Source: Patescibacteria group bacterium (GTDB lineage: Bacteria > Patescibacteriota > Minisyncoccia > Phycocordibacterales > Phycocordibacteraceae). From it: a stretch of DNA of 50,439 nucleotides. The stretch covers positions 1-50,439 of the forward strand of contig JBBTSZ010000008.1 of assembly GCA_038064495.1 (NCBI GenBank), given 5' to 3'. Each line of letters starts with the position of its first letter. Position 1 is the first letter of the stretch. Of the stretch, positions 26,501 to 35,983 are shown in pieces. The notes under the pieces are model-generated. The model had not been told where the DNA came from. It searched no databases and saw nothing but the letters and a program-made list of their open reading frames with translations. The position numbers were made by a program, and so were the translations under genes.

Positions 26501-27037
26501 CGTGAGACGCTTGAGAAGATTGCACTTCTCCTTGCACCACTCGCTCCCTTTGTTTCAGAGTGGGCATACCAAATCGTGAAGGGAAACGATGGCAGAGAAA
26601 GTGTCCACTTAGCTGACTGGCCACAGACTGGGGACGTAGATCAGAAAAGTATTACCAATATGGAGCGTACGCGCTCGCTTGCTTCAGAAGCATTCCGTAT
26701 TCGTCAGACTTCGGGTATCAAAGTACGACAACCACTGGCCTCACTTTCCATTCCAGAAGCGCTCCCGGTAGAATTCGCAGCGCTTCTTGCTGAAGAAGTA
26801 AATGTGCAGGAAGTTATTCAAAATAGTGAGGTGATGTCGCTTGATACAACACTCACCCCGGTTCTTATTGAAGAGGGAACGAAGCGTGAGTTTGATCGCG
26901 CACTTGCTGAAGCGCGCAAGACTATGGGACTTTCACCGAGGGATAAGGCGCACTATGAATTGGCTGAGGATGGGCAGTACGTTGTGGAGCTACCAGAAGG
27001 CCCAAAGCGATTTAACGTCATTATCGATGCGACATAA
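23600..27037 (+). CDS. ileS: isoleucine--tRNA ligase with an inserted histidine-phosphatase (PGAM-like) domain
   Basis: PPTANGKPGVHH (HIGH region), WTTTPWTLPGN editing domain, KMSKSKGN. Residues ~530-722 carry RHGEAENN, SPLTRTRETA and VSHGD. Confidence 0.92.
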   Translation: MSSPDDSVKSDAALREEEILKFWKEQQIFEKSLERGSEDNVFVFYEGPPTANGKPGVHHMESRSFKDAIPRYKTMRGFRVPRRAGWDTHGLPVELEVEKTLGFKGKQDIEEYGIAAFNKKCRESVFSYIGQWEKFTERLGYWVDQKKAYFTFDASYMESLFSIFKKINDDGHLYKDYRVVPWCVHCGTALSSHELAQGYEDVKDLSLTAKFELVDEPGTYLLAWTTTPWTLPGNVALAVGDDIQYVVFKRFTGWDNSGKAQYEKVILAESIFQQVLENPALLKAEPFNLLFQETPEGYDVVTDYSYETKKIMGRELVGKRYKPLYDFAHALAPEIEKPKFEKAFQVYAADFVTTESGTGIVHTAVMYGQDDFELGNKVGLPKMHLVAQDGTFIKGTGMFTGMSVIEPETNVEVLKELQKRDLVFSKETHTHSYPHCWRSKNRLIYYARDSWYIRMTALRDTLISENQTVHWEPDHIRDGRMGEWLLNVKDWAISRERYWGTPMPLWQSADGSERLVIGSVAELKQHTKKSGNTYTIMRHGEAENNILDIASSHLGEEHHLTEEGRVTVRKYAESLKDKIDYIFYSPLTRTRETAEVVNEVLGLPSERFIKHDRIREINAGIYEGKGWVTEYLPQFASVEERFSRVPEGGESLEHVRKRMGDFIYETEHGYTNSRILIVSHGDPLWLLTLLAHGGTIKELETTAYPDRGVPLPLDFVPLPHNENYELDLHRPYIDDVVLVSERGTELHRVKEVMDVWFDSGSMPFAQDHYPFENKEWIDTKGYPAGFISEAIDQTRGWFYTLLAVGTLMGKGTPYKNVICLGHLLDEKGLKMSKSKGNIIEPMAAMDRYGADTLRYWMYSVNQPGDSKSFDEKTVKEAARVISWFENSVKFFELFKDGTAEGKEEIIDVWMRSRTNETMKKVTEALDQYDFYTATRAIGTLVEDLSQWYVRRVRDRVRDGDAVALETLRETLEKIALLLAPLAPFVSEWAYQIVKGNDGRESVHLADWPQTGDVDQKSITNMERTRSLASEAFRIRQTSGIKVRQPLASLSIPEALPVEFAALLAEEVNVQEVIQNSEVMSLDTTLTPVLIEEGTKREFDRALAEARKTMGLSPRDKAHYELAEDGQYVVELPEGPKRFNVIIDAT

Positions 27038-27587
27038 ATACTCAACGGAAGCATTGGTCCTTTCTCGCACGCCACTTGCCGAAGCAGGTATGCTTGTGAC
27101 GCTCCTCACGAGTGAGTTCGGCCTGATTCGTGCTCGCGCAGAGGGTGTACGGCGCTCAGGCGCGAAGCTTGCCCACGCACTCCAGACACTGAACGAAACA
27201 GAGATTATTCTCGTACGAGGTAAGGAAGGATGGCGTCTTACGGGCGCGCTTCTTTCCAGTGACCATTTCACTCGCCTAGATGCAAAAGGAAGGAGTCGTG
27301 TGGCGCGCGTAGCGAGTCTCCTCACGCGTCTTGTTTCAGGAGAAGTACATGAGCCTGAGCTCCATGCACTGTTTACTGAGTTTGTTCGCTCCTTGCCCAA
27401 GCTTACCGAAGAAGAGCAAGATGCTGCTGAATCACTCATTGCGCTTCGCATCCTTCACATTCTTGGTTTTGATCCGGGACCATTACCATTCTCGGGGTAC
27501 GGAGTAGACGCACTTACGAGCGCGCGAGAGGATCGTACTGGACTCATTGCCCGCATCAATCGTGGAATCACTGCCTCAGGCATCTAG
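27027..27587 (+). CDS. recO: DNA repair protein RecO
   Basis: YSTEALVLSRTPLAEAGMLVTLLTSEFGLIRARAEGVRRSGAKL is typical of the RecO OB-fold N-terminus. The ATG at 27027 overlaps the ileS end by 11 nt. Confidence 0.75.
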   Translation: MRHKYSTEALVLSRTPLAEAGMLVTLLTSEFGLIRARAEGVRRSGAKLAHALQTLNETEIILVRGKEGWRLTGALLSSDHFTRLDAKGRSRVARVASLLTRLVSGEVHEPELHALFTEFVRSLPKLTEEEQDAAESLIALRILHILGFDPGPLPFSGYGVDALTSAREDRTGLIARINRGITASGI

Positions 27588-27618
27588 GCCAGAAAATCAA
27601 TACGTTATACTGGGGTGA

Positions 27619-29511
27619 ATGCCAGAGCAAGATGAGGTAAGCTCGCTCGAGCGTGTACGAGAGCGGCTCTATAGTAACGAAGCACCGTCAGAGTTTACGG
27701 TTCCTCAGGTGCGCGGACAGGGAGTCCAGAAACCTACCGGATGGGAAAAGACGAAGAAAGTGGTTCTTGAGCGGCCCCAGCACCACATCTCGGGACCAGC
27801 ACGGTTCTTCATTGTTGCGCTTGCATTTTTCATTATTACTGCAGGAGGCGCTACGCTATATCTCGTCTACGGTGGACGCTCAGTTTCAACGAATAACGTC
27901 ATCATGGGGGTACAGGGCCCAACCACCACCGCAAGTGGTGATATCGTCCCACTCCTCATCTCTATTGATAATAAAAATCCGGTTGCCATGCGCGACGTGC
28001 AGGTGAGTATTACGTTTCCGCAGGGCACAAAAGCGCCGGAAGATAGTGGCGTACCACTACTCACCTATACAGAAAACTTGGGTGACATTGGTCCTGGAGA
28101 GCATATTGAGCGCACGGTCAAAGCGGCAGTCTTTGGCAGTGAGCAACAGCAGGTAACCCTGCCCGTACATCTCGTGTACCACACCGATGAAAGTAATTCA
28201 GCCTTTATCAAAGACAAGTCGTATCAGTTTGTTATTACCACGTCGCCGATTTCACTTTCGGTTTCTTCATCACTCGTACAGATTTCATCGGGCCAACCGG
28301 TAACGGTTGATGTTACCGTGCGTTCAAATGCGACCACACCTCTTGAGAATGTTGCGGTGACCGGACTCTATCCGTTTGGCTTTGCGCCAAGTACCACTTC
28401 ACCGAAAGCAGTACAAGGAACCCTCTTTGTGCTCGGTACCCTTGCTCCAGGTGAGGAGCGCCACATACGGGTGGTGGGGACGGTCTCGGGTGACAATAAT
28501 GACGATCGGGTCTTTTCGTTTACTGCAGGCACGCTCGCTGGTGAAGGAGATACGCGTCTGGCTACCTCCTACACCACTAAGGAAGTCGGCATTAAACTCA
28601 CGAAACCATTTCTTGCAACAACGCTCGCCATTAATCACGATGCTTCAGACAGTCCGATTCTTATTCCAGGCAGTCTCGCACAGGGGATTCTGACGTGGAC
28701 CAATACTCTTGCAACACCAATTACCACCGGACAAATAACTATTCAACTTTCTGGTAATGCGTTGGATTCTTCCTCAGTCACAACGAGTGGCTTCTATCGT
28801 TCAAGCGACACCACCATCATCTTTACTGGTGAGACGAGTCCCGGGCTTGCACGCCTTGAACCCGGTGATACTGGCCAGGGAAACTTTAGTTTCTTAGCAA
28901 AAAAGAGTCCTGAAATAGCAGTACTCCGCAATCCTGCCATCACCGTTCGGCTTTCTGTTTCAGGACAGCGTATTGGAGAATCAAAGGTTCCTGAAACGGT
29001 GCAAACCACCATTACGAAAACGATAAAGATAGGAACGGACCTTGCCCTTAGTAGCCGAGTTCTTCGAACCATTGGTCCGATAGCGAACACCGGTCCCTAT
29101 CCTCCAGTCGCAAACAAAGAGACCACCTTTACCATTCAGTATGCGCTCACGAATACGGTGAACTCAGTTGCGGGAGCAAAGGTAAGTGCCACACTTCCGT
29201 CGTACGTGCGCTACACCGGTGTAGCAAGCCCGAACGATGGTTCGGTTACGTATAACGAGGCAAGTCGGACGGTTACCTGGAGCGCTGGAGAGATTCCGCC
29301 CGGTACGACCGCGCCGAAGACGGTATCGTTCCAAGTTGCGCTCTTGCCAAGTAGTATTCAGCAGGGTACAAGTCCAATACTGATTTCTGCTCAGCAAGTT
29401 ACTGGCACCGACCGCTTCACAAGTAACACGATTAGTGGCAGTGTTCGTGAGTTGAATACGCAGGCGACGACTGACCCGGCGTATACGCTCGGTCAGGGCA
29501 ACGTACAATAA
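27619..29511 (+). CDS. large membrane-anchored surface protein, beta-rich repeat architecture
   Basis: 630 aa with one TM helix (FFIVALAFFIITAGGATLYLVY), followed by T/S/V-rich segments with recurring motifs (LENVAVTGLYP, VSATLPSYV) that suggest CARDB/DUF11-like beta-sandwich repeats. Domain family not verified. Confidence 0.6.
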   Translation: MPEQDEVSSLERVRERLYSNEAPSEFTVPQVRGQGVQKPTGWEKTKKVVLERPQHHISGPARFFIVALAFFIITAGGATLYLVYGGRSVSTNNVIMGVQGPTTTASGDIVPLLISIDNKNPVAMRDVQVSITFPQGTKAPEDSGVPLLTYTENLGDIGPGEHIERTVKAAVFGSEQQQVTLPVHLVYHTDESNSAFIKDKSYQFVITTSPISLSVSSSLVQISSGQPVTVDVTVRSNATTPLENVAVTGLYPFGFAPSTTSPKAVQGTLFVLGTLAPGEERHIRVVGTVSGDNNDDRVFSFTAGTLAGEGDTRLATSYTTKEVGIKLTKPFLATTLAINHDASDSPILIPGSLAQGILTWTNTLATPITTGQITIQLSGNALDSSSVTTSGFYRSSDTTIIFTGETSPGLARLEPGDTGQGNFSFLAKKSPEIAVLRNPAITVRLSVSGQRIGESKVPETVQTTITKTIKIGTDLALSSRVLRTIGPIANTGPYPPVANKETTFTIQYALTNTVNSVAGAKVSATLPSYVRYTGVASPNDGSVTYNEASRTVTWSAGEIPPGTTAPKTVSFQVALLPSSIQQGTSPILISAQQVTGTDRFTSNTISGSVRELNTQATTDPAYTLGQGNVQ

Positions 29512-29519
29512 TCTTATAT

Positions 29520-30848
29520 ATGAAATCAGAACCACCAGCTCTCGACACCATCGTCTCACTCGCCAAGCGTAGGGGGTTTGTGTTTCCTGGTTCGGAGATT
29601 TACGGAGGACTCGCGGGAACATTTGACTATGGTCCGCATGGCGTTGTTCTAAAAGAAAACATTAAGAACCTCTGGCGCCGCATGTTCGTGGAGGAACGTG
29701 ATGATATGTACCAGGTGGATGCAGCGATTCTGATGAATCCGAAAATCTGGGAAGCCTCTGGACACGTTGCCGGCTTTTCAGACCCGCTGGTTGAGTGCTC
29801 CAATTGTAAAAAGCGTTTCCGCGCAGACCATCTTGAAGACCCGAATACGTGCCCATCGTGTGGGAAAAAGGGAACGCTTGGCGAAGCACGACAATTCAAT
29901 ATGATGTTTGCCACGAAAGCTGGCGCATCTGAAGACGAAGCCGCAACCGTATATCTACGTCCAGAAACCGCAGGTGGAATGTTTGTGAACTTCAAGAATG
30001 TCGTTGATAGTTTTCATCCAAAACTTCCGTTTGGTCTAGCCCAAATAGGAAAAGCTTTTCGTAACGAAATTGCTCCTCGAGATTACATTTTCCGCCTACG
30101 TGAACTGGAGCAGATGGAAGTGGAATACTTCGTTCGTCCAGATGAATGGGAACAGGCGTTTGAAGAGTGGCGCGTCACGATGCATGCGTTTGCGGAAGAA
30201 CTTGGTCTTGATGCGGTACATGAGCTTGAGGTGGGGGAGGGTGATCGCGCTCACTACAGCAAACGCACGATAGATTTTGAGTTTGACTACCCCTTTGGAC
30301 GAAAAGAATTGTGGGGACTTGCGTACCGTGGTGACTTTGATTTAGTAGCTCACCAAAGTGGTTCAAGCGTCAATCTTGAGTACCAAGACGAAGAACTCAA
30401 AGAAAAAGTACTTCCGCATGTCATTGAGCCATCACTTGGTCTTGATCGCACCTTCCTTGCCACACTCCTCGCTGCGTATCGTGAGGACGAACTTGGAGGA
30501 GAAACACGCGCGTACCTCGCACTCCCACCAGCCATTGCTCCCGTGAAGGCAATGGTCTCACCTCTTTTGAAAAATAAACCAGAGCTCGTTGAGAAGGCAA
30601 AAGCGGTACGTACGGAGCTTCGTAAGATCCATCCGGCAATCGCCTGGGATGATAACGGCAACATTGGTAAGCGCTATCGAAGACAGGACGAAATTGGTAC
30701 TCCATTTTGCATTACGATTGACTTTGATACGCTCGGCGAAACACCTGACCTAAAAGATACGGTCACCCTTCGTCATCGCGACACGGGAGAGCAGGAACGT
30801 TTAAGTATTATTGAAGTTGTGGAACGCATAAGGGACTCACTTTCTTGA
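29520..30848 (+). CDS. glyQS: glycine--tRNA ligase (alpha2 dimeric type)
   Basis: RGFVFPGSEIYGGLAGTFDYGPHGVVLKENIKNLW, FRNEIAPR, GLDR. Confidence 0.92.
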   Translation: MKSEPPALDTIVSLAKRRGFVFPGSEIYGGLAGTFDYGPHGVVLKENIKNLWRRMFVEERDDMYQVDAAILMNPKIWEASGHVAGFSDPLVECSNCKKRFRADHLEDPNTCPSCGKKGTLGEARQFNMMFATKAGASEDEAATVYLRPETAGGMFVNFKNVVDSFHPKLPFGLAQIGKAFRNEIAPRDYIFRLRELEQMEVEYFVRPDEWEQAFEEWRVTMHAFAEELGLDAVHELEVGEGDRAHYSKRTIDFEFDYPFGRKELWGLAYRGDFDLVAHQSGSSVNLEYQDEELKEKVLPHVIEPSLGLDRTFLATLLAAYREDELGGETRAYLALPPAIAPVKAMVSPLLKNKPELVEKAKAVRTELRKIHPAIAWDDNGNIGKRYRRQDEIGTPFCITIDFDTLGETPDLKDTVTLRHRDTGEQERLSIIEVVERIRDSLS

Positions 30849-30856
30849 GGCCGACT

Positions 30857-30968
30857 AAAGCATTTAGATGCGAGGCGCGGAAGGAGGAAGAACGCAGACG
30901 TATTTCTATACGGCGGAGTGATGAGGACGCTGCCGCAACAAGGCAGATGAAGGTTTTAGGTGGATTCA
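30857..30968 (-). repeat. MITE-like intergenic repeat, diverged copy E (opposite orientation)
   Basis: The reverse complement aligns with copy B. Central hairpin cgtatttctatacg at 30899-30912. Confidence 0.55.
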
Positions 30969-30988
30969 AGACGTGCTAGCATGCACAT

Positions 30989-32041
30989 ATGGATAAGCAA
31001 ATACAGGTTTCTATCACTCCAGGAACCGTTATTATGACGCTTGTTATCGGTGCGCTTGCGTTCGCGCTCTGGATTCTGCGTGACCTCGTCCTCCTCGTCC
31101 TTACTGCTATCGTGATTGCCTCAGCCATTGAGCCGGGTGTCGCGTATTTTGCGAAACGGAAGATTCCGCGCATCGTCGCGGTACTCGGCATGTATCTCAT
31201 GGTATTTGGCTCACTCTTTGCCGTTATCTATTTCTTTATTCCGCCAATTATTGACGACGCGGGGAACTTCTTCACCGTCGCTTCGCAGTATCTTGATACC
31301 TATACCGTATCAACGAGTGCAACCGGTGGTGCACCGCATCTTGCGAGCGAAAAGTCTCAACTTGGCGGAATCATTGATGGACTCGTGACGGTACGCAATG
31401 CATTCTCAGATCCGTCCGCGGGAGCATTCCGTATTGTCTCCACCTTCTTTGGAGGCATCTTCTCGCTCGTGTTAATCATTGTGCTCTCGTTTTATTTCGC
31501 GATTCAAGACGCGGGTATTGAGGAATTCCTTCGTCTCGTCACGCCTGCTAAGAATGAAGAGTATGTCGTCAGTCTCTGGCGTCGTGCACAAAAGAAAATT
31601 GGCCTCTGGATGCAAGGGCAACTCTTATCGTCCTTAATCGGCGGCGTGATTGCATACCTTGGACTCCTTATTCTTGGCATACCGTATGCACTTTTGCTTG
31701 CGACGTTTACGGCCGCGGCAATGCTGATTCCGATCTTCGGTTCCTTTGTGTCTGCGGCCCCTGCCGTTATTGTGGCGTACTCAACGGGAGATGTGACTCT
31801 CGCGCTTATCGTTGGTGGTCTCTACCTCATCATCAATCAGTTTGAGGCACACCTCATCCACCCACTCGTGGTGAACAAGGTCGTTGGTATTCCACCACTC
31901 CTCGTTATTCTCGCACTTATTGTTGGTGGTGATCTCGCTGGCTTTCTTGGTGTCGTACTCGCCATTCCGGTTGCCGCAGCACTCCGCGAGCTCCTCACTG
32001 ACATGGACAAAGGAAAGCGCAGTCGAGCTCAAATCATCTAG
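30989..32041 (+). CDS. AI-2E family transporter (PerM/UPF0118)
   Basis: About 8 TM helices, 350 aa, with IPIFGSFVSAAPAVIVAY and LINQFEAHLIHPLVVNKVVGIPPLLVILALIVGG, characteristic of the AI-2E family. Confidence 0.8.
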   Translation: MDKQIQVSITPGTVIMTLVIGALAFALWILRDLVLLVLTAIVIASAIEPGVAYFAKRKIPRIVAVLGMYLMVFGSLFAVIYFFIPPIIDDAGNFFTVASQYLDTYTVSTSATGGAPHLASEKSQLGGIIDGLVTVRNAFSDPSAGAFRIVSTFFGGIFSLVLIIVLSFYFAIQDAGIEEFLRLVTPAKNEEYVVSLWRRAQKKIGLWMQGQLLSSLIGGVIAYLGLLILGIPYALLLATFTAAAMLIPIFGSFVSAAPAVIVAYSTGDVTLALIVGGLYLIINQFEAHLIHPLVVNKVVGIPPLLVILALIVGGDLAGFLGVVLAIPVAAALRELLTDMDKGKRSRAQII

Positions 32042-32044
32042 CGC

Positions 32045-33484
32045 ATGGCACGATACGTTACGACAACGCTTCCGTATGTGAACGCGGACCCGCATATCGG
32101 GTTTGCGCTTGAAATTGTGCAGGCTGATGTCCTTGCTCGAACGTGGCGCCTCCAGGGAGAAGAAGTTTTTTTTAATACCGGCACTGACGAGCACGGGCAG
32201 AAAATATGGGAGGCAGCCGAAAAGAATGGGCAGGATGTCCAGGGGTATGTAGACCACTACGCGAGCGAGTTTCGAAAACTCAAGGAAGCACTCGCTCTGG
32301 ATAACCCAACCTTTATTCGTACGACTGACGAGCACCATAAGCGAGCGGCACAAGAAATGTGGCGCCGGTGTGAGGCGAAAGGAGACATTTATAAGAAGAC
32401 CTACACAGGGCTCTACTGTGTTGGATGTGAACTCTATAAAACCGAAAAAGACTTAACCGGAGAAGGGTTTTGTCTCATTCATACGAATCTCAAGGCAGAA
32501 GAAGTTTCAGAAGAGAATTACTTCTTTCGGTTCTCAAAGTATGCCGACCAGCTTACAAAGTATATGAGTCGCTCGGACGCAGCTATTCCGCAGTGGCGTC
32601 GCGGAGAGGCACTCACCTTTGTCGCTTCAGGCCTTGAGGATTTCAGCATTTCTCGTAAGAAAGAGCGTCTTGTGTGGGGCGTGCCGGTACCGGGAGACGA
32701 CACTCAGGTGATGTACGTATGGTTTGATGCGCTTACGGATTACATTTCTACGCTTGGTTGGCCAGAGGACATTGAAGGGAACTTCGCAAAATTCTGGGAG
32801 AGTTCACGCACACTACAGATGGCAGGCAAGGATCAGGTACGTTTCCAGTCACTCATGTGGCAGGCCATGCTCATGTCTGCTGATATTAAGAACACTGACC
32901 AGGTCTTCTACCATGGATTCATAACGAGTGGTGGGCAGAAGATGAGTAAGTCACTCGGGAATGTGATTAGTCCCTACGAGCTGGTTAGTAAGTATGGAAC
33001 CGAGGCGACGCGCTACCTCCTGCTCAGGCATGTACATCCGGTAGAAGACACCGACGTCACGTGGGAGCGTCTTGATGAGTGGTATACGGCTAACTTAGTG
33101 AATGGTCTTGGGAATCTTGTTGCACGCGTGATGAAACTTGCGGAAGAGCATCTACCGCAACCAGTTGAACTCAGTTTGGATGATACGCGTATTGAGGAGC
33201 TGTTTCTGGAACATCTTGAAGGGTTCCGTTTCAACGAAGCAATGGATTTGATTTGGGAACATATTGGAAAGGGTGATGCGTATATGACCGAGCAAGAGCC
33301 GTATAAGAAAGTGAAACAGGAACATACAAAGGCAGATGGTATTGCCGACATTGAACGACTCGTGCGACACATTGCAAAGATAGCGGTCCATCTTACGCCA
33401 GTCCTTCCAAAAACAAGTGTCGCTATACTAGCGAGCGTTCGCACCAACACGAAACCGGAGAATCTGTTCCCACGAAGTACCTAG
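32045..33484 (+). CDS. metG: methionine--tRNA ligase (short form without C-terminal tRNA-binding domain)
   Basis: TTTLPYVNADPHIGF (HIGH-type), CxxC knuckle YCVGCELY, KMSKSLGNVI. Confidence 0.92.
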   Translation: MARYVTTTLPYVNADPHIGFALEIVQADVLARTWRLQGEEVFFNTGTDEHGQKIWEAAEKNGQDVQGYVDHYASEFRKLKEALALDNPTFIRTTDEHHKRAAQEMWRRCEAKGDIYKKTYTGLYCVGCELYKTEKDLTGEGFCLIHTNLKAEEVSEENYFFRFSKYADQLTKYMSRSDAAIPQWRRGEALTFVASGLEDFSISRKKERLVWGVPVPGDDTQVMYVWFDALTDYISTLGWPEDIEGNFAKFWESSRTLQMAGKDQVRFQSLMWQAMLMSADIKNTDQVFYHGFITSGGQKMSKSLGNVISPYELVSKYGTEATRYLLLRHVHPVEDTDVTWERLDEWYTANLVNGLGNLVARVMKLAEEHLPQPVELSLDDTRIEELFLEHLEGFRFNEAMDLIWEHIGKGDAYMTEQEPYKKVKQEHTKADGIADIERLVRHIAKIAVHLTPVLPKTSVAILASVRTNTKPENLFPRST

Positions 33485-33487
33485 TTC

Positions 33488-34282
33488 ATGAACTATTTCG
33501 ACGCGCACTGCCACATCCAGTTCCCGATGTATGACGAAGACCGGCCAGAGGTACTCAGGGAGATGCAAGAAAAAGGAGTCGGTGGGCTCGTGGTTGGTGT
33601 GGACAATGACTCAAGTAGAGGCGCGATAGTCCTGGTAGAAAAAGAAGATAATCTGTTTGCTACCGTTGGACTCCATCCAAACGCGACAACAGAAGAAGCT
33701 TTTGATATGGAAATGTATCGAGCACTTGCGAAGCACCCAAAGGTTGTTGCGATAGGGGAGTGTGGTCTTGATATGTATCGACCAGAACGCCCGGAGCGCG
33801 CGCGAGCACTGCAACTGGAGGTATTTGAGAAACACCTCCAGCTTGCGGTAGAGACCGAGAAGCCACTCATGATTCACTGCAGGCCGGCCAAGGGTACAAG
33901 TAACTCCTATGAGGACTTGCTTGCACTCCTTACGTCGTACAAAAAGGAATTCGGCGACAAGCTTTCAGGGAACATCCATTTCTTCGTGGGAGACACGGCT
34001 ATAGCGAAGAAGCTTCTTGAGCTTGATTTCACCATGTCATTTACCGCAGTCCTTACCTTCACGCATGATTATGATGAGGTAATTTCCTACCTACCCGCTA
34101 CACATATTATTTCTGAGACCGATTCGCCGTACCTTGCTCCTGAAGGGAAACGAGGAACCCGAAACGTCCCAACGGCGGTTATTTCGGTGGTGGAAGCCAT
34201 TGCTGGCATACGAAAGCAAGATACTGAGGAAATACGGCTCCAAATACTCAATAACGCGAAGAGAGTCTTTCTTGCCGGTTAG
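33488..34282 (+). CDS. TatD family metal-dependent hydrolase/DNase
   Basis: YFDAHCHIQF, AIGECGLD, MIHCR, HFFVGD, ISETDSPYLAP. Confidence 0.88.
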   Translation: MNYFDAHCHIQFPMYDEDRPEVLREMQEKGVGGLVVGVDNDSSRGAIVLVEKEDNLFATVGLHPNATTEEAFDMEMYRALAKHPKVVAIGECGLDMYRPERPERARALQLEVFEKHLQLAVETEKPLMIHCRPAKGTSNSYEDLLALLTSYKKEFGDKLSGNIHFFVGDTAIAKKLLELDFTMSFTAVLTFTHDYDEVISYLPATHIISETDSPYLAPEGKRGTRNVPTAVISVVEAIAGIRKQDTEEIRLQILNNAKRVFLAG

Positions 34283-34309
34283 AAGCCACCGTGCTACTAT
34301 CTGCCCACT

Positions 34310-34801
34310 ATGGCTAAAAACAAGGACGAGAGCGCAGAGCTCGAAATGGACACTGAACACGCGGAAATGCGTGTCTACGAGCTTGGTTTTCACCTTGACT
34401 CCGAGATTCCAACTGAGGACGCAAAAAAGACCTACCAAGCACTCCGCGACGTCATTACTGCCGCCGGCAGCGTTGTTGCTGAGGGTGAGCCAGTAAAAAT
34501 CCCCCTTGCGTACGCCATCTCACGGAGTGAGCAGACCGGACGTCGTGACTTCACCAGCGCGTACTTCTGCTGGATTGCGTACGAGACTGACGGGGTAGGG
34601 CACGACGCGATCGTAGCTGCTGCGAAGAAGGAGACGCGCGTTGTTCGTTTCCTTGATATTCGCACCGACAAAGAGTCTGCAAAGCACTCAGCAGAAATGG
34701 CAGAAATCTTTGCCAAGATGCCTGCAGACGAAGGAGCTCCTGAAGAGGACGTGTCTGACGTTGAACTTGATGCCGCGCTTAAAGAGGCTGGCGTAGCATA
34801 A
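34310..34801 (+). CDS. rpsF: 30S ribosomal protein S6 with terminal extensions
   Basis: MRVYELGFHLD... core, and the canonical rpsF-ssb-rpsR order. The start may be ATG 34367 rather than 34310. Acidic C-terminal tail. Confidence 0.75.
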   Translation: MAKNKDESAELEMDTEHAEMRVYELGFHLDSEIPTEDAKKTYQALRDVITAAGSVVAEGEPVKIPLAYAISRSEQTGRRDFTSAYFCWIAYETDGVGHDAIVAAAKKETRVVRFLDIRTDKESAKHSAEMAEIFAKMPADEGAPEEDVSDVELDAALKEAGVA

Positions 34802-34820
34802 CGCTTGCTATACTTTCCAC

Positions 34821-35270
34821 ATGTATCTCAACAAAGTACAACTTTACGGAAACCTTACCCGCGACCCTGAGTTGAAGGCACTCCCTTCAGGTCAGCAGGT
34901 CGCAAACTTTGCTATCGCAACGAACCGCACCTTTAAGAATAAGGAAGGTGCCAAGCAGGAGCAGACCGAGTTCCATAACGTTGTTGCGTTTGGACGCACC
35001 GCAGAAGTGATTGGTCAGTACTTGAAGAAAGGTCGCCCCATCTTTGTAGAAGGTCGCATCCAGACGCGTTCATGGGAAGCAGAGGGTAAGAAAAATTACC
35101 GCACGGAGATTATTGTTGAAAATTTCCAATTCGGTCCGGGAGGAGGAGAGGGAGGTGGCGCACGCACCAGTGGTGGAGTAGTGGAGGATATGGGTCAGCC
35201 GTCCGCTCCTTCAAGCGAAGACATTCAGTATCCTGACGAAGAGATTAATCCGGAAGACATTCCTTTTTAA
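34821..35270 (+). CDS. ssb: single-stranded DNA-binding protein
   Basis: MYLNKVQLYGNLTRDPELK, FHNVVAFGRTAE, Gly-rich linker and acidic C-terminal tip DIPF. Confidence 0.92.
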   Translation: MYLNKVQLYGNLTRDPELKALPSGQQVANFAIATNRTFKNKEGAKQEQTEFHNVVAFGRTAEVIGQYLKKGRPIFVEGRIQTRSWEAEGKKNYRTEIIVENFQFGPGGGEGGGARTSGGVVEDMGQPSAPSSEDIQYPDEEINPEDIPF

Positions 35271-35274
35271 ATAA

Positions 35275-35487
35275 TTGCATATGGCATATCAAGCAGAACG
35301 AGAAGAAATAGAGCACAAGAAGTTTGTTGACTACAAGGACGTCGCGTACCTTCGTCAGTTCACGAACCCGCATGCAAAGATTATGGGTAAGAAGCGCACT
35401 GGCACTTCCGCAGCGCGTCAGCGCGAAGTAGCACTTGCCATCAAGCGCGCTCGTTTTATGGCACTTATGCCATATCTTTCCGCGTAA
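35275..35487 (+). CDS. rpsR: 30S ribosomal protein S18
   Basis: FVDYKDVAYLRQFTNPHAKIMGKKRTGTSAARQREVALAIKRARFMALMPY. Confidence 0.9.
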   Translation: MHMAYQAEREEIEHKKFVDYKDVAYLRQFTNPHAKIMGKKRTGTSAARQREVALAIKRARFMALMPYLSA

Positions 35488-35504
35488 CGGACGACACAAA
35501 AGAT

Positions 35505-35724
35505 AAAGGGCCCGCTTCCGCAAGGAAACGGGCCCTTCGAGCATGACTCCCTTTCGGGACCCCGTAGGGTTCGCCATCACACTCGGAACAGTAGCTCATA
35601 TGACTGTGTTACCGAGGCCCATCTGAGGCCAGTCAGTGAACAAGCTTCTAGGTAAATTACTCAACCTACAGACGCTGTATCTTCGCCCGTTTCCCCGCCT
35701 CAGCAGGCAACTTTGAAACTCTCT
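35505..35724 (-). ncRNA. candidate structured sRNA, unit 1 of a tandem pair (family unknown)
   Basis: Minus-strand promoter TTGAAG-17 nt-TATGTT (35759-35731). Ends in hairpin gggcccg...cgggccc plus a T-run (35505-35538). Shares four conserved blocks with unit 2. Confidence 0.6.
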
Positions 35725-35761
35725 ACCGCAAACATACACCAATGAGGGCGTCGCTTCAAAT

Positions 35762-35983
35762 AGTAAAAGGGCTCCGCGCGAACGCGGAGCCCTGCAAGTG
35801 AAAGCGCCCTTTCGGGACTCCCTTAAGGAGTTGATAGCCATCACTTGGAACGATATAGCTCAATGACCGTGACGTAGGGGGTAGTAGCCTACAGGAGGCC
35901 AGTCAATAGGGCTTTTCTCAGGGATTGCTCCCTTTCGCAGACGTGTATCTTCGCCTGTCGTTGCGCCGTCCTGCAGGCTAGCT
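35762..35983 (-). ncRNA. candidate structured sRNA, unit 2 of a tandem pair (family unknown)
   Basis: Minus-strand promoter CTGAAA-17 nt-TATTCT (36018-35990). Ends in hairpin gggctccgcg cgaa cgcggagccc followed by TTTTAC on the minus strand (35762-35793). Confidence 0.6.

Noticed and set aside
35625-35635. UGACUGGCC in both sRNA units, resembling the ZTP (pfl) riboswitch UGACUGGCG core
   Set aside because: The partner CCGCCUGGGC pseudoknot element is absent. The units look like terminated stand-alone transcripts rather than 5' leaders.
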